A program made the position numbers and the translations under genes. Of a stretch of 64,000 nucleotides of DNA, positions 51,101 through 64,000 are shown in pieces. The stretch comes from Paragordius varius (taxonomy: Eukaryota > Animalia > Nematomorpha). The notes under the pieces were generated by a model. It saw nothing but the letters and a program-made list of their open reading frames with translations, ran no database searches and had not been told where the DNA came from. The stretch covers positions 4,960,001-5,024,000 of the forward strand of contig OZ176054.1 in the NCBI GenBank assembly GCA_964247055.1, written 5' to 3'. The stretch's first letter is position 1. Each line of letters begins with the position of its first letter.

Positions 51101-54019
51101 TATCAAAACCAAAAATATTTTTTATTTTTGCATTTTTTTGTCATCTGGTTGAGTGTATAAAAAATTTATTCTGTTTTATTTTGGATTCTCGCATGATTAG
51201 GAAATATTAAGTATAATTTATGCACAGGATTGAAAATTAGTGGATCAACCAACAATCCGTACAAATCCCAATACAAATATTAATTTGTCATATAACAGAC
51301 TTGTTACAGGAAATCGTAAGGATTTTTTGGTTGATTGAATAAATTATATACTTAATAATTCCTAATCATGTGAGAATTACAAAATAAAACAGTATAAATT
51401 TTTTATACAATCATAAACCAGATGAAAAAAATGCAAAAATAAATAACAATATTTTTGGTTTTATTTGGATATAGAAGTTTATTTTACTGAATAAAATATG
51501 ATTGAATAGTGAGTTTAGGAAGTAATAATTTAAAAAAAATATTTTTTTTTAGTTCATTAAATTTATTTTGAATTTTAAGTGTGACAAAAAAACGCCATCT
51601 TTTGCCCTGAAATTTTATAGAAACCCTAACTATATGATTTTAGGCTATTTATATATTAAAAATATCTCCTATGATAATAAACTATAATTTGAATTATCCT
51701 TAATCACTTTTGGCCCGATTTCGATTTTCTCTCAATATATCAAAAACTAGGTTGAAATAAAAATTTTTGCGGCAAATGAATACACTGATCATAAGCTAAC
51801 TCATAAAAAAAATTTTTCGTTAAATCAAAATGACCCTCTTTTTTGCACCAGTATGTATATATATATATATATATATATCATTTCAGTCTCTTTTGACGCT
51901 TTTATATTTAGGGGATTAGGACTTAAATCTTTGGATCAGGACTTTTGAAGCTTTAACACTTGCTTGTCCAGGGACAGTAATGATAGAAAATTAGCATAAT
52001 TCACATAATGTAAGATTCCGGCGCCTTACTTACTCTACCATTTCACCTTTTTATTAAAAATACAAATTATACTTCAAAGGGTATTTAACTGAATTTGCTA
52101 GAAACTAAAAAGAGAATCAAACCTCATCGAACATGATGTTAGAATTCGTTTCATCCCTAATAGTCCATATACAGTATTCTAAATAGCCCGCTGGACAGAT
52201 TAATGTTTTGAGATTTGGATTATCAATATCATGGACAACGCATATGCTTTGATTGACTAAAAATAAACAAGATATCGTTAATACATTTGCCTAGATACTA
52301 AACTTTTGCGCAAGCTTACAAAAACATAAATTATAATGTTAGTTAAACTACATTGTTAATGTATTATTATATAGCATTATATATAATATGTATAAACTTC
52401 AACAATACTTTACCATTGATATTCGTGTATGTGAGAATATTTCCTTTCTCTGCAAAATGGAATTCAACGGGTTTGGTTAGAACTCTGGTTTCAGTATTTG
52501 ATTTCTAAAAATTAATATAATTATAAATAGTCATAACCAATTATAATTGATACTATATGGATAAACAAAAATGCGACATTGTCTAGTCGTATGGAGAAAA
52601 ACTAAATTAACTTTAAAGGGTCAAAATTACATTTTTTTGTTTACCAGTCTAAGATGCCCGAATTTAAATGGATAAATATATAATATAAAATTTTACCATC
52701 GTTGTGGTTATTATCGGCTTTTCACCAAAAATGTGTTGTGTAAGGGTAAACCCGTCTTTCCATGTAATTGGATGTGGTATCTACATTAAAAATTTGCGAC
52801 ACTTATTGGGTGAAAATATATTTATTATTAATCAATATAGTAAAATATGAATTTTACCGTAAAATGAATGTCGGTCGATGAATTATTTCCATTCATTTGT
52901 ATGTCTAATTGAGGTTTATGTGCTAAGTAAATTAATATACTTTGTTAAAACAATCGTTTCCAATCTCGAAAAATCGATGAACATGCTATTATAACCAGAG
53001 TTAGGTCTGACAGGATAAAATGCACTTCGTAACTGTGACTACTTACAAAACAGTCAAAATTATTGATCATGTATGTATTATGTAGTTTCTAAAAAATTGA
53101 GGATTTTAACTTTTAATCAATTTTTATATATGATTAAAAGCGAATCGATGATTTCTATTTTCAACAACACGTTCCTTAGAAATGCATCTATAAGCTATGT
53201 TACCGGCAAAATATTATATTTATGAATATAAGTAGCTTCTTTAATAGCAAAAAATATTTTTTGCCGATTTAAATTTCGATAACCCAAATATTTATGTTAT
53301 AAATTTAATATGAAATTTTATAGACAAAGCATATATATTATATATATGCTAACTATATTTACATCATTATTTTGAGGGGATTTCTTAAACATGAAAATGG
53401 AAATAATTATAATACTGTTATCAATTCGTATTTAGATAAATAAAAATGACGGCTTTTAAAGCTAGTATTATGTCATTTTTTTCAATATACAATAAGTGAA
53501 ATTTTACTGTAATGCATTTCATCGATGATAATCATTTTGGTATATTTTAAGCCAACTTGAATTTGGTATGTCATCCCACTCGTTAAGTTGACAAGCACAT
53601 CCGGCGAATATGCCTAGGTTATAAATTATGTCAAATATATCTTTATCAAAAAAACGCGCAAAAAAAGCCGACATAGGCTTTTGCTGGCAAAATAAATGAA
53701 AAAACGTTTTATTGACACAAATCGTATTTATATAAAAACTCACAAATTAAAGCCCATATTGAAATTTTTGATTTTACGATCAAAATCACCACTGAAGTGA
53801 AATATTAGGCTTTTTAATAGTAATGAATTTGTTATAAAAATACCATAAAAACTTGGCTCGTGTTATGCAGCAAATTTCTAACCGTAACAATGTATAGTCG
53901 CTGACTTGGCATATTTTTAAATTTCTCGTCCTCGTAAGACTTTACGCGGACGTAGGTATCATGGTTTTTTTGGTGTATAATGGTTATGGGTGTTTTAAGT
54001 GCAGTAGTTTTATCCACAT
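43270..54019 (-). pseudogene. PKD/REJ-like gene, copy C
   Basis: Contains paralogs of all copy A exons (offset +46294 to +47507) plus downstream exons: VKYGSSQLIGSF|IVSNHSENDAEFKILDCK (~45490-45250) and ISAPERIYNLTL..NNKNGSCISLKP (44850-~44657). 4-nt deletion frameshift near 46568 relative to A and B. Confidence 0.65.
50682..51855. mobile_element. ~1.17-kb hairpin (long inverted-arm) DNA element in a (TA)n tract, copy C only
   Basis: Arms ~50682-51228 and ~51338-51853 are colinear reverse complements with scattered mismatches. Termini TA|CACTGTGTGCAAAAAA..TTTTTTGCACCAGT. Absent at A ~4357-4375 and B ~35215-35245. Confidence 0.88.
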
Positions 54020-57000
54020 CTAAAAAATTTAGCCATTAACACACAAGATAATTTGTTTAATAAATTATTATGTTTTACCTCCAGAGCCGGGCGTCCCGCT
54101 AGCGGAAAACTGTAGTTAAAAAGAGTCATTTTAAAATACATTACATCATTAAATATAGACAAATTTAATTTAGTAAGGAGAAATTACATTATAATCTGAA
54201 TCATCAACCAATTTCACTGTTGAAAATATAGCACCAAGAAGGCTTGCCGATAGAAAAGTTATAAACATAATATTGAGCTCGTAAGAAATCATTTTATTAT
54301 ACAAAAAAATTGTTAAAATAAAATAAAAAATTGATCAGACTTTATATGGGTTATAATATTATTGTTAAAATCGATTAAACATATATTTATTAACAAAACT
54401 GATGCAATAAAAATGGGCTGCTACGATATAACCTTTACAATTTGATACATATACGCATTTACGCCAGTATTTCTTGAAACTCAAACATATATTATCAAAA
54501 TTATATTAAGCTAATTTACTTCTCAGTTATAATATTGTTATAATACAGGTAAGCTAGGTATAAATTTTTCCAGACAAGGTGTTGTTTGTATAACAATTGT
54601 TTTTATCTATAATATTATAAAATTAAATTACAGGTAAGCTAGCTACAAATTTTTCCAGACAAGGTGTTGTTTGTATAACAATTGTTTTTACATATAATAT
54701 AAAAAAAATAACTTATTATTAAAGAAAATTTATACTATAGGGTAAAAAATTCCAACATACATTGATTGATAGCTAAATTATCTCAAAAAAATACGTAAAT
54801 TAATTTCCGGTATCGTGTAAATGTAATGTATTACGCCCATACATGTTATTTGAATAAGTATCTCATTGTTTTAGATTATTGAGTTATTATTAAAGGTAAT
54901 TACAATACATATAGAAATTCGCTAGATATATTCTCAAGACTTTTGATAAATAATAAACATTCGTATGTTAATTTAATTATATTGTGATTACCAATGGTAA
55001 TTTTCTGATTATAAGTCGAATTAAAATAAAATTCAAACCAACTCACAGCCGAAATCGAATCTTTAGAAATTTATAACCAATTATTTCACTTGTTTCTTGG
55101 TGCTATTTTACTTCGATTCTTTGATTAACTGTCTTTTATTGTTTTATGTAGGCATATGTCAATTTTTGTTGCGAGTTTCTGGATTGAGAGGTCATATCCT
55201 TTTCTATTTTATTATTTCGTATATAATCTATTGCCCTTAAATTTTTCTACACAAGTTAACCACCTCTTTGTTTTTATAAGATGTATTTCACAACAAACAA
55301 TTTATTAGTTAATCGCTGACACCTTAGTTCCTTTCTCAGTGTTTTCCCATTATCGTGTCAATCCTAATCTTTTCCAAACTATCTATAAACTTACGGAAAT
55401 CAAAAGTTATTAATCTGGGAGTTGATTGAAAAAAGCTTTTTCTGGATTGGAGTGTTTTGGTGTCAACTTTTCTCTATTATTATAAGGATTCGCTCTCTCC
55501 TTAATTCAGGACTTGTCATACATATACAGCTTTTAGTTTAGGAAACTCATTTCTAATATAGTGATTTTAAGTAGTTTGATTTTTTATTGTCTCTGTACGT
55601 GTCTCTTTCCTCGTTTCATCTATGGTTGTTCCAATTAACAGTTTTTTAAAATTAGAAAAAAAATGGTCATTTTGATATTCTAAAACAACTACATCAGGGC
55701 TATGTTTAACCATAATTATGGTGATTTTTGCCAAAGATTTTTTCAAATAAATGATAACCAACAAAAAAATGTTTTATATATAACATGTTTTTTATCCCGA
55801 CTGCCATGTACGGCCGAAATTGAACAAGTTTGATATTAAAATTTAGGATAAATCATTTATAAGCAAAAATTTCTATTTTATAAAAAAAGATCTTCAATAT
55901 TTTAAATAAATGAATTATTGGGTACATTGCATAATTTGCAGGGCTTGGAACCGATTCAAAAAAAGTGGAACCGGGACCGGGTCGGTTCCTGAACAAATAG
56001 AACCGGAACCGCGTTGGTTCTTAAGAATTTAAAATGGAACCGGGCGGTTCCCGAAATATTGGAACCGGGGTGGTTCATAAAGAAATGGAACCGGAACCGC
56101 CTTGGTTCTTTAAAAATTTAGCGGTTCCGGAACCGGTTTCTTACATTTAGAACCGGTTTCATATTCGGTTCCAGTTAATAAAATGAAAATTATTATTATA
56201 ATAATACAACCAAAATTTAATCAAACGTGAAAGAAATATGGTTAAGCATACATCACAAACATGTTAATCCCATATTTAACGTGTTGCCCCATATTGTACA
56301 ATCTCAAAATATGCGTAAACCATGCTAAATAAAGGCGAGATAAGGCTTTGTCCTAAAAAATATTAATAAAATTTTTTAAAAGCAAAACAATATTTTAATA
56401 TTTTAATTTCTTATTACGGATCGGACGCCTCTAAAATGAGCAGGTGTATAAGCTCAACGCAAATAATCCGATATTTTGTAATGAAATTATATATTGTGAC
56501 ACATACAAAAAATCAATATTTTGCTATAAAATTTTTGTCAAGCGAATTTAAGGTAGTTTGAGCACGGTGGAAATGGTAAAAAAACTTAGGGATATAAAAA
56601 TACTTATTATCTTCCATCACCTAAGATTTTATTCAAAAATGTGTTTAACTTGAAACTTCAAACGATTGTTTGTTAAAACAGAATATGTACTGAACTTAAA
56701 TATGTCGACAAACAAAATTCTAACAATTTGTCCGTGATATTGGGGTAGTTTATATCCCAGAGTTCAATCTTATGAATAAACTGCTGTTTAAAAGGTTAAT
56801 ATGGTTAAAATTTAATTATTAAACTTTGTTTTCTTTTATCAGATAAAAACACAGTTTTGTAACTTCTAGAGTCTATTAGCTCCAAATCACCAATCAAATA
56901 AACAGCTGATATCAATAAATATCAAGATTTTATTGATTGAATGACTTAATAGCTTACTAAAGTTAATTTCTAATCATGATATACATTAATTTGCCTATAG

Positions 57001-57576
57001 AAAAAAATGGCGGCTGAAACGTTTGACATGAGGCTTTTTTATTTTAGATTTGTTAAAAAAAATATATATGAAGCATGCACCTTCAATATTTAAATTCGGT
57101 CAATTTAGATACTTTAAAAAAGTTCAAATCGCTCAACGATATAATACCAAAAGGTGACGAAGTGGTAATCAAAAATCTGAGAATATAAAAATATTTAACA
57201 TCATTGAATTATAAAAAGTGTTTATCTAATATCTTAGTGTCTTTTGTATCCTGCTTCACCGTTAAAACTCGCTTTAACAAATTTTAATAAATTTATTTAA
57301 GAAATATTCAATTTACCCGATAAAACTTTTTTTGATGGTAAAATCTAGCATGTAAAAATATTATTCACAAAATCTCGGCATTTTTGCGTTTTTATGAGGT
57401 AACTGGCTCAATATATGGGGCAAAATTTTAAGACTTTCGGAGTCCTTATTTAAAAATTGCGCTTTCTCATTAGTATATCATATATTTTAATATTCTGAAT
57501 AAAGGATATGGCTTTTATCAAAAAAAATTAACAAACACAAATCTGCGCAATTTTGCCATTTGATATGAGTAACAAC

Positions 57577-58088
57577 TAGGGTTGTGCATTTGACTGCTTT
57601 TCAAAAAAGTCCGGTCAGACCCGGTCAGACCATGGTCATGATCATGACCACTTTACCTAAGTAAATACCATTCGATATTGGATTATGAATTACTTCTGAA
57701 ATTTTAAATACCTCGCTTTTAATACTGGATATTCAAATAAAATTTTTCCTGTTTCTTTTACACTTTCTTTGATCATTGAAATATCCAATTATAAAATGTT
57801 TTTTCATTTTATAGGTTCACATATACGGAATAATTGAATATTTTATAAAAAGTTGGATTGTTCTCTGTTTCGAAATAACTGGATATGCTTAAATGCTAAT
57901 GTTTTAAGGATGCATGTTTAGCATTTTATTTATAAATAAGCAAATTTAATATTTATATATATATTAAATAACTTACTATTTTTCTTCCAAAAAAAACTAC
58001 CAGCAATTTTTCAAAAAACAGCTGAAATGACCATGGTCAAAAAATACATAGTCACTGACCTGGTCATGACTTGGTCAGCACAACCCTA
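57577..58088. mobile_element. TAGGGTTGTGC hAT MITE, copy C paralog of 10083-10598
   Basis: Same TIR and gtaacaac TSD. Confidence 0.9.
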
Positions 58089-58903
58089 GTAACAACCATA
58101 AAAGTGGTAATAACTTCTCATATCACTCGCACCCAAATGCAAATGTAGCATGAGAATCCTGATTTATTATCAGATTGTATATTTCAGGATTAGTAGGCAC
58201 ATTTTTTACGGGATTTTTTATTATAGGTGACTAATTTAGGTGCCAATATTATAGATTAGAGAAAAGCGATACAATAATATTTTATTTTTGGGGTTGTTGA
58301 GCTTAAAACAAATTTCTTAATTTTTTCTATGGGTTCGAAAAATATTAACTTCACACTGAGCATATCACCCGTTGAAATGTTAAGCATACTTTTTCCTTAA
58401 AAAATGTTTAAAGTCCGTTTACTGAAATTTAACAAAAAGCCTCTAAAGTATATTACACTAAGTATCCTGTATAAAATTATAAATACTCTTTTATCACATA
58501 ATTTATCGGCTCCACATTATCACTTTTAGGCCTTTAAAATTTTCCATTCCTTTTGACGTTAGATTTAAAGTTGAATTTGAATGCGAAAGCTTTATATTAA
58601 TTAGATGGCAATCCTTTGGTTGTAGCTTACTAACTAATCAATTCGTCAAACTTTTTAGGCGATTTTTACGCAAAAAAGTTTATGGCAACATAAATTATTT
58701 GATGAAGAATTAAAAAATTATACATTATGAATTTTATGCGGTCTCCCTTGTAAAATCAGCTTTGACTTTATTAGTTATAATAATTTTCGTATTGTTAAAT
58801 ATTTTAAGATGGGATTACCATACCCATTGAGGGGGGCTTCCTGATATTCATCAAATGTAGTATTTAAATTTAAAAAAAAATATTTTTTCAAAACACTAAT
58901 TTA

Positions 58904-61900
58904 TTAAATGCTGATTTTTTGTGGAATGATTACACATATATTTCCAATTATGTTTTCCGGCATGTTTGGTATTTTGCTAAACTTTTGATTTTCGGGATCT
59001 CATTCACAACTTTCTAATTTTAGGTCATTTTGGCTTTTAATCCTCCCATTATATAGATACGTTTATCTACACGCATTTTGAAATTATATAGGAAAATCAC
59101 ATATATCATAAAATTTAAAGCAAAAATAAAATCAAACCCAAAAACACACAACCAAAACGTAAACGTGGAATTTTCAAGGATGTTATAAGCTCCCATGTTC
59201 TAGTAGCTTGATTTAAATATTCAATAGAGTTTAAACTAAGAATTTTTTTGTCATTGACCGCAGCACCCCCAATGACATATAATTTACCATTGACACTAAT
59301 CATTGCGTGATAGGAGCGTGCAATAAGTAGTTTGGGCCTATGAAACCATCTGTATTATAATAATTTATTGTATGGATTAAATTTTATATAAAAATGGAAA
59401 CGCATCATAATTTTTTTATGTATATTAACCACTTCTCCCATGATTCCCTTTCATATTGGGCTTTTTAAAATTAAAAGCATTATAAAAAAATTGGTTCTTA
59501 TACTAACTCTTCATTTTCTAGATATTTTTTTGAGTGATCGAAGTTGAACCTATATTTCCAAAAAGCTGAGTATATTGGAAATGGGTCAAAAACAAATAAA
59601 TTAATCAGAATATTTTTATTCCACATATCTAATTATATAGGCAGTTAAAATAATTAAAAATTAATTTTTTTAAGGGTGATGACACGTATATTCAATAATG
59701 CATCTTTCCATAAACGGGGATGTAAATAATGAAGACACAAACTTTTGATAATTCTACCCAAATAGAGCAACTAGATTAAACTTTTCAACTATATTTTATT
59801 CATTAGTTATTAATAACGAAATAATCAAGGAACGTCTTAATATTTATCCTTTATACAAAATATATATGATGATAAAATGTATGATTTTAAAAATAGTTGC
59901 AATGTATACAGTTTCAGTCTCATTCACTTATTCTAGCATGAATGTGCAATAAGATTTTCTTTGTAAATTAAGTCAAAAAGTTTCTTATTATCAAAAAAAT
60001 AACGTTATTTTTACGAATCAACTACCGCAACAATTCATAAGACTTTAGAACAGTGGTACTCACCAAAAAAATTTGACGGGCCAAATAAAACATATTTTTT
60101 TTTCGAGGGCCATGAACTATATAATGGCAAATATTCCATAGCTATTTAACACATACGCACATATTTTTACTCTAAATCAGCACAATGAATTTTTTGCGGG
60201 TCGCATGTAAATCCAGCTAAAAACTCGTTTTGCACCATTTAGTTTTAAAAATAAAAATATTTTGATATTAACCAATAATTTTTGACAAATTTGGTTTCGC
60301 CTCATGGCAGGCCAATCTTAATACGTCGTCCATATGATCATCAGTTAAGCGATTTCGGTATGTATTCTTGATACACTTCATTTTTGAATATACCGTCTCA
60401 CACGTGTAAGTTGATGGATAAACAGTTAAGATAACTTGAGCACATTTTTTTATATTTTCATATTTATTTGGCACAACTTGACAAAACTCTACATCTCTTT
60501 CTTTTCTACGATTTTCTCTAAATATAGCTTCCAGATTGGAATCATTTTTAAAATCAACGAATTCTCCAATGATAAGCGCCTGATCAAAACCGAAAAGCTC
60601 AAGTTGCTTAATGTTGGATATATCCATTTGTCATGGATTAGTTTTAAGCAATTTTTAATATTTTTTAATTCTTGAAATCTGAATTTCATCTCATTAGATA
60701 AAAATGTTAAATGATTGTGTATTATTAAATTAATCTCCGCGGTAAATTCCATATTTTCTTTATAAATCGTTTTAAGTGTAGGAAAATGTAGGAGTGTTTT
60801 ATCTGTAAAATCTTGTTTATATATTATTATTTTTTCTTCAAAAGCAAATATATGATTAGCAAATTGGGTTTTTATTTTACTCCCTTGAAGACTTGTATTA
60901 AAAGTACTAAGTTTATAAGTAATGTCGCAAAGGTAGGCTAATAAAACCCACCATTTGTCACTATCAATTTCCTCGTCAAACTTTTTGTTATCTTTTATAA
61001 AAAATAGAATTTCATGTCTTAAATCAAAAAATCTATTCAATACTTTGCTAAGGCTTAGTCATCTCACAGCGGTGTACAAAAGAATATCATCAACTGTGGA
61101 TATCTTTCAGAAGGTTTTTGAATTTTCTGCCACGGATGTAGTTTACTATATCCACAGCCGTTTTAATTACTAAATTTAGTGATTCATCTTTTACACGCGA
61201 AACCAAGTTTTGCTGACGAATAAAGCAGTGAAAGGATTTTAAAAGAGGAATAAACCCTTTGTTTATTCCAATCATAGAGGGACAGCCATCTGTGCAAATC
61301 GAAACCAATTTTTTCATAGATATACCATTATTATCGAAAAAAGTGCTAATTATTTCAAGAAAATCACTGCCTTTTGTGGTATTATTAATTGGTAAAATTT
61401 CAAATATTCCTCGTTGATTATGTTGTCGTTGCAAAATCTCACGAAGAGCGCACATTGAGGTGTTGAACTTATATCAGTGGTAGAATCGATTGCAATACTG
61501 AAGTATTTGCAGTTTTTCAGAGCCAATAATGTATTGTTAAAAATATATTTCTTTCCTCACGATTTTCTGGTAATTTATGAGAATAATGGATTTTAAAATG
61601 TCTTTCACTATTGTATTTTTTTATAATTATGTTGTCCTATACAGGTAGCAACATTGTTATTTACTACAAAAAAATTATTTTCCCATTATTTTTTAAAGGA
61701 GCGATTTTCATTGGATAATTTACGTTTTTTGGCATTAGATGTCATCCTTTGAATTTATGTTTGAATATTATGTAAAAAATAGGAATATAAATTGAATTAT
61801 GCTATAAAAAACAGGTCGAAATTTAATGATGTCGAGTTGAAAAATATTTTATGGGAATGAGTTATAAAAATGATGCAGGATAGCAATGAAATGTATGTGC

Positions 61901-62510
61901 AATGGGTGAAAGCAAAAAAGAAATGCAATAAAAATTTCAAAAAGAAAAGAAAATAGAATATAGAAAAAGAAACAACGTGTGCCCATAAATCATAAATTTT
62001 AAAATCATTTTAATGTAGGAAAATTTTTCTACATTTCAAATCGGGTAAAAAATAAATATTATCAATTAAAAAAAATTTAAGTATCAATATGGTCATAGGG
62101 GAATTTTAAAGCACACTTATGGCCGTATGCGGTCCGCGGTCCGCGGGCCGCGGTTTGAGTATCACTGCTTTAGAAACTTGGAGAATCATTGTAAAAGAAA
62201 TTATATTTTACAGGTAAAAACTAGTGCTCTTTCATACTTTTTGTGCGTCATATCAAACACTTCAACGTTTTTTGTCATTTTAGCTCTATCAGCCTGACTT
62301 GATTTGACTATTCCCCCTGAAATCCATATTTGATTTTCATGAACACATGCTGCTAAAGCCATATTACAGTCTGGTATAGATTCTATGCATTTTCATTCCT
62401 TTTTCAACAAATCATAGCTTTCAACCAAATCTAGTTGACTTTAAATTTTACAAAAATTAAAAATGAAACTCTAGAATTATAAAAAAATGGATAGGAAAAC
62501 AAACCCGCAG

Positions 62511-62545
<35 letters not shown>

Positions 62546-63740
62546 TTCATAAAATAATTTAAAATGATTGATAATGTAACAGAGTTACTGATTTACGTTT
62601 AATTTATACGAGACGTCTGTAGTACTAAACTAATTTTTTCCTATATATATTTTGAATGATTGATACTTGAATTTACAAATATAACTTATATTCAGAATCA
62701 GCTCCCCCAAGCACATATATTTTCCCATTATGAACGAGCATTAGATGGTCGTATCGTTCTTTCGTCATATTTTGCAATTTAATCCATTTTCTATGTTGGA
62801 ATTTATGCAATTCATTTCAGGTTTTGTCGTTCGGGAGAGTGCCTTCTAAAATAAAATAAAATTTCTGGTGATATACAGTAAAAATAGATATACGGACAAA
62901 ACTTAATATAAAGACATTTTTTTCAAATAACAACCATACTTTTCCTAACCATAATTTTTCCCTTATAAACTATTTATTTACTATATAATTGATTGTGTTA
63001 CAGTTTAATTACTATTTCATAGTTTACAGTTTCGATGAGTTATATTAAAAAAATTAATATATAAAAGGTATGGTTGTCTTTTGGAACAAAATATTTGTCT
63101 TTATATTTTGTTCTGTCCGTATTTTAATTTTAACTGTATTTTTACAGTATTCACTTCTATATTTAACATAAAAATATTGGAAAGTTTTTAATTATGCTAG
63201 ATATAGATCCGTTTGGATTTACAAGCACAAGCTCAGAGAAACTTAGATCAAATTGAACATATATTTTAAAACGTTTTGCTCAAATTATATGCATTACATT
63301 TCATGAAGTCAATAAATATTTAATAAAATGGCTATACCAGAAATATATATAATATTGTCAATTACACAGGCTGCATGGTGGCAAAGTGGATACGGTAATT
63401 CAAATCCAAATTTTGACCAAACACTGGATGCAGGATTAAATAAAAAACATTTCTTTCGCAAATCACTTTCGATCAAGGTATCGCCCGATGTCCCACCAAT
63501 ACTTAGGATGTATTCTTTAGCCTAAAATACAATATTTAAAATATTCTTAGCATTGTTATTATTTATTATCGCCTTCATTGGTAGAAAATTGTGATTAAAT
63601 AAATTACGTTAAACAAGCTTGAACTTTTTTTCATGCATATAAGACATTGTTTGGATATCTCAGCATGTGGCGATTTTCGAGGAGGTGGTATTTCAAAAAA
63701 TACTTTATCCAATTGACCGTTTTCTTTACATGTTTGATAC
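58904..63740 (-). pseudogene. Kelch (KLHL-family) pseudogene, copy C; BACK exons lie beyond the window end
   Basis: Exons 63740-63608, 63521-63338, 62845-62686, 62438-62238, 59349-59138, 59066-58904. TGA at 62817-62819 and 62393-62395; last-exon lesions. Confidence 0.92.
60051..62167 (-). mobile_element. Buster-type hAT transposon, copy C paralog of 12471-14580
   Basis: Same TIRs and ctttagaa TSD. Extra 7-bp duplication (ggtccgc) near the end. Confidence 0.95.
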
Positions 63741-64000
63741 CTAATTGAATTATATAGTATCAACCAATTTACAGGTCCATAATTGGTTTCATATTTACAA
63801 TTCACAATTCCAATAAATTTGCTATATTTATACAAATGACATTTAAAGTTTGTTTATTTTTAAAGCTGTACTAGTTGAAAAAATTGTGTCTTGTCAAAAC
63901 ATATTGTCAATATATTATTTTATATTTAGTAAATGAGTTATTTGTATCCCGCCAAAAATTTCAAATATCTTTTATTATGACTACTTCTTTAAACCAGGTA

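Larger units (their letters stand above)
46295..64000 (+). repeat. Segmental duplication of 1-~16410 (copy C of copy A)
   Basis: Colinear direct repeat including both genes and shared TE insertions. Mostly near-identical, with a more diverged patch. Confidence 0.97.

Overview
Strongly AT-rich metazoan-type genomic DNA with spliceosomal introns and no prokaryotic features. The window is a nested tandem array of a two-gene unit read on the minus strand. Gene 1 is a BACK-Kelch (KLHL-family) gene. Gene 2 is a many-small-exon gene whose reconstructed exons resemble the PKD/REJ ectodomain of polycystin-1-like proteins, and the ORF track largely misses it. Copy A (1 to ~18 kb) and copy C (~42.0 kb to end, offset +46294 rising to about +47585) are near-identical. 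Copy B (~25.1-38.3 kb) is older and more diverged, holds only the REJ-like gene, and is cut at 38305 by a Ty3/Gypsy element that sits exactly on the B/C junction. Both visible Kelch copies are pseudogenes with shared and private lesions. Introns and spacers carry Buster-type hAT relics, hAT MITEs with 8-bp TSDs, a foldback-like MITE built from palindromic 21-mers, a composite Helitron and a 1.17-kb hairpin element. They also carry a Penelope GIY-YIG tail with a candidate minimal hammerhead ribozyme enclosed by 46-bp inverted repeats. Exon models and identity estimates were made by eye, and no database search was run.
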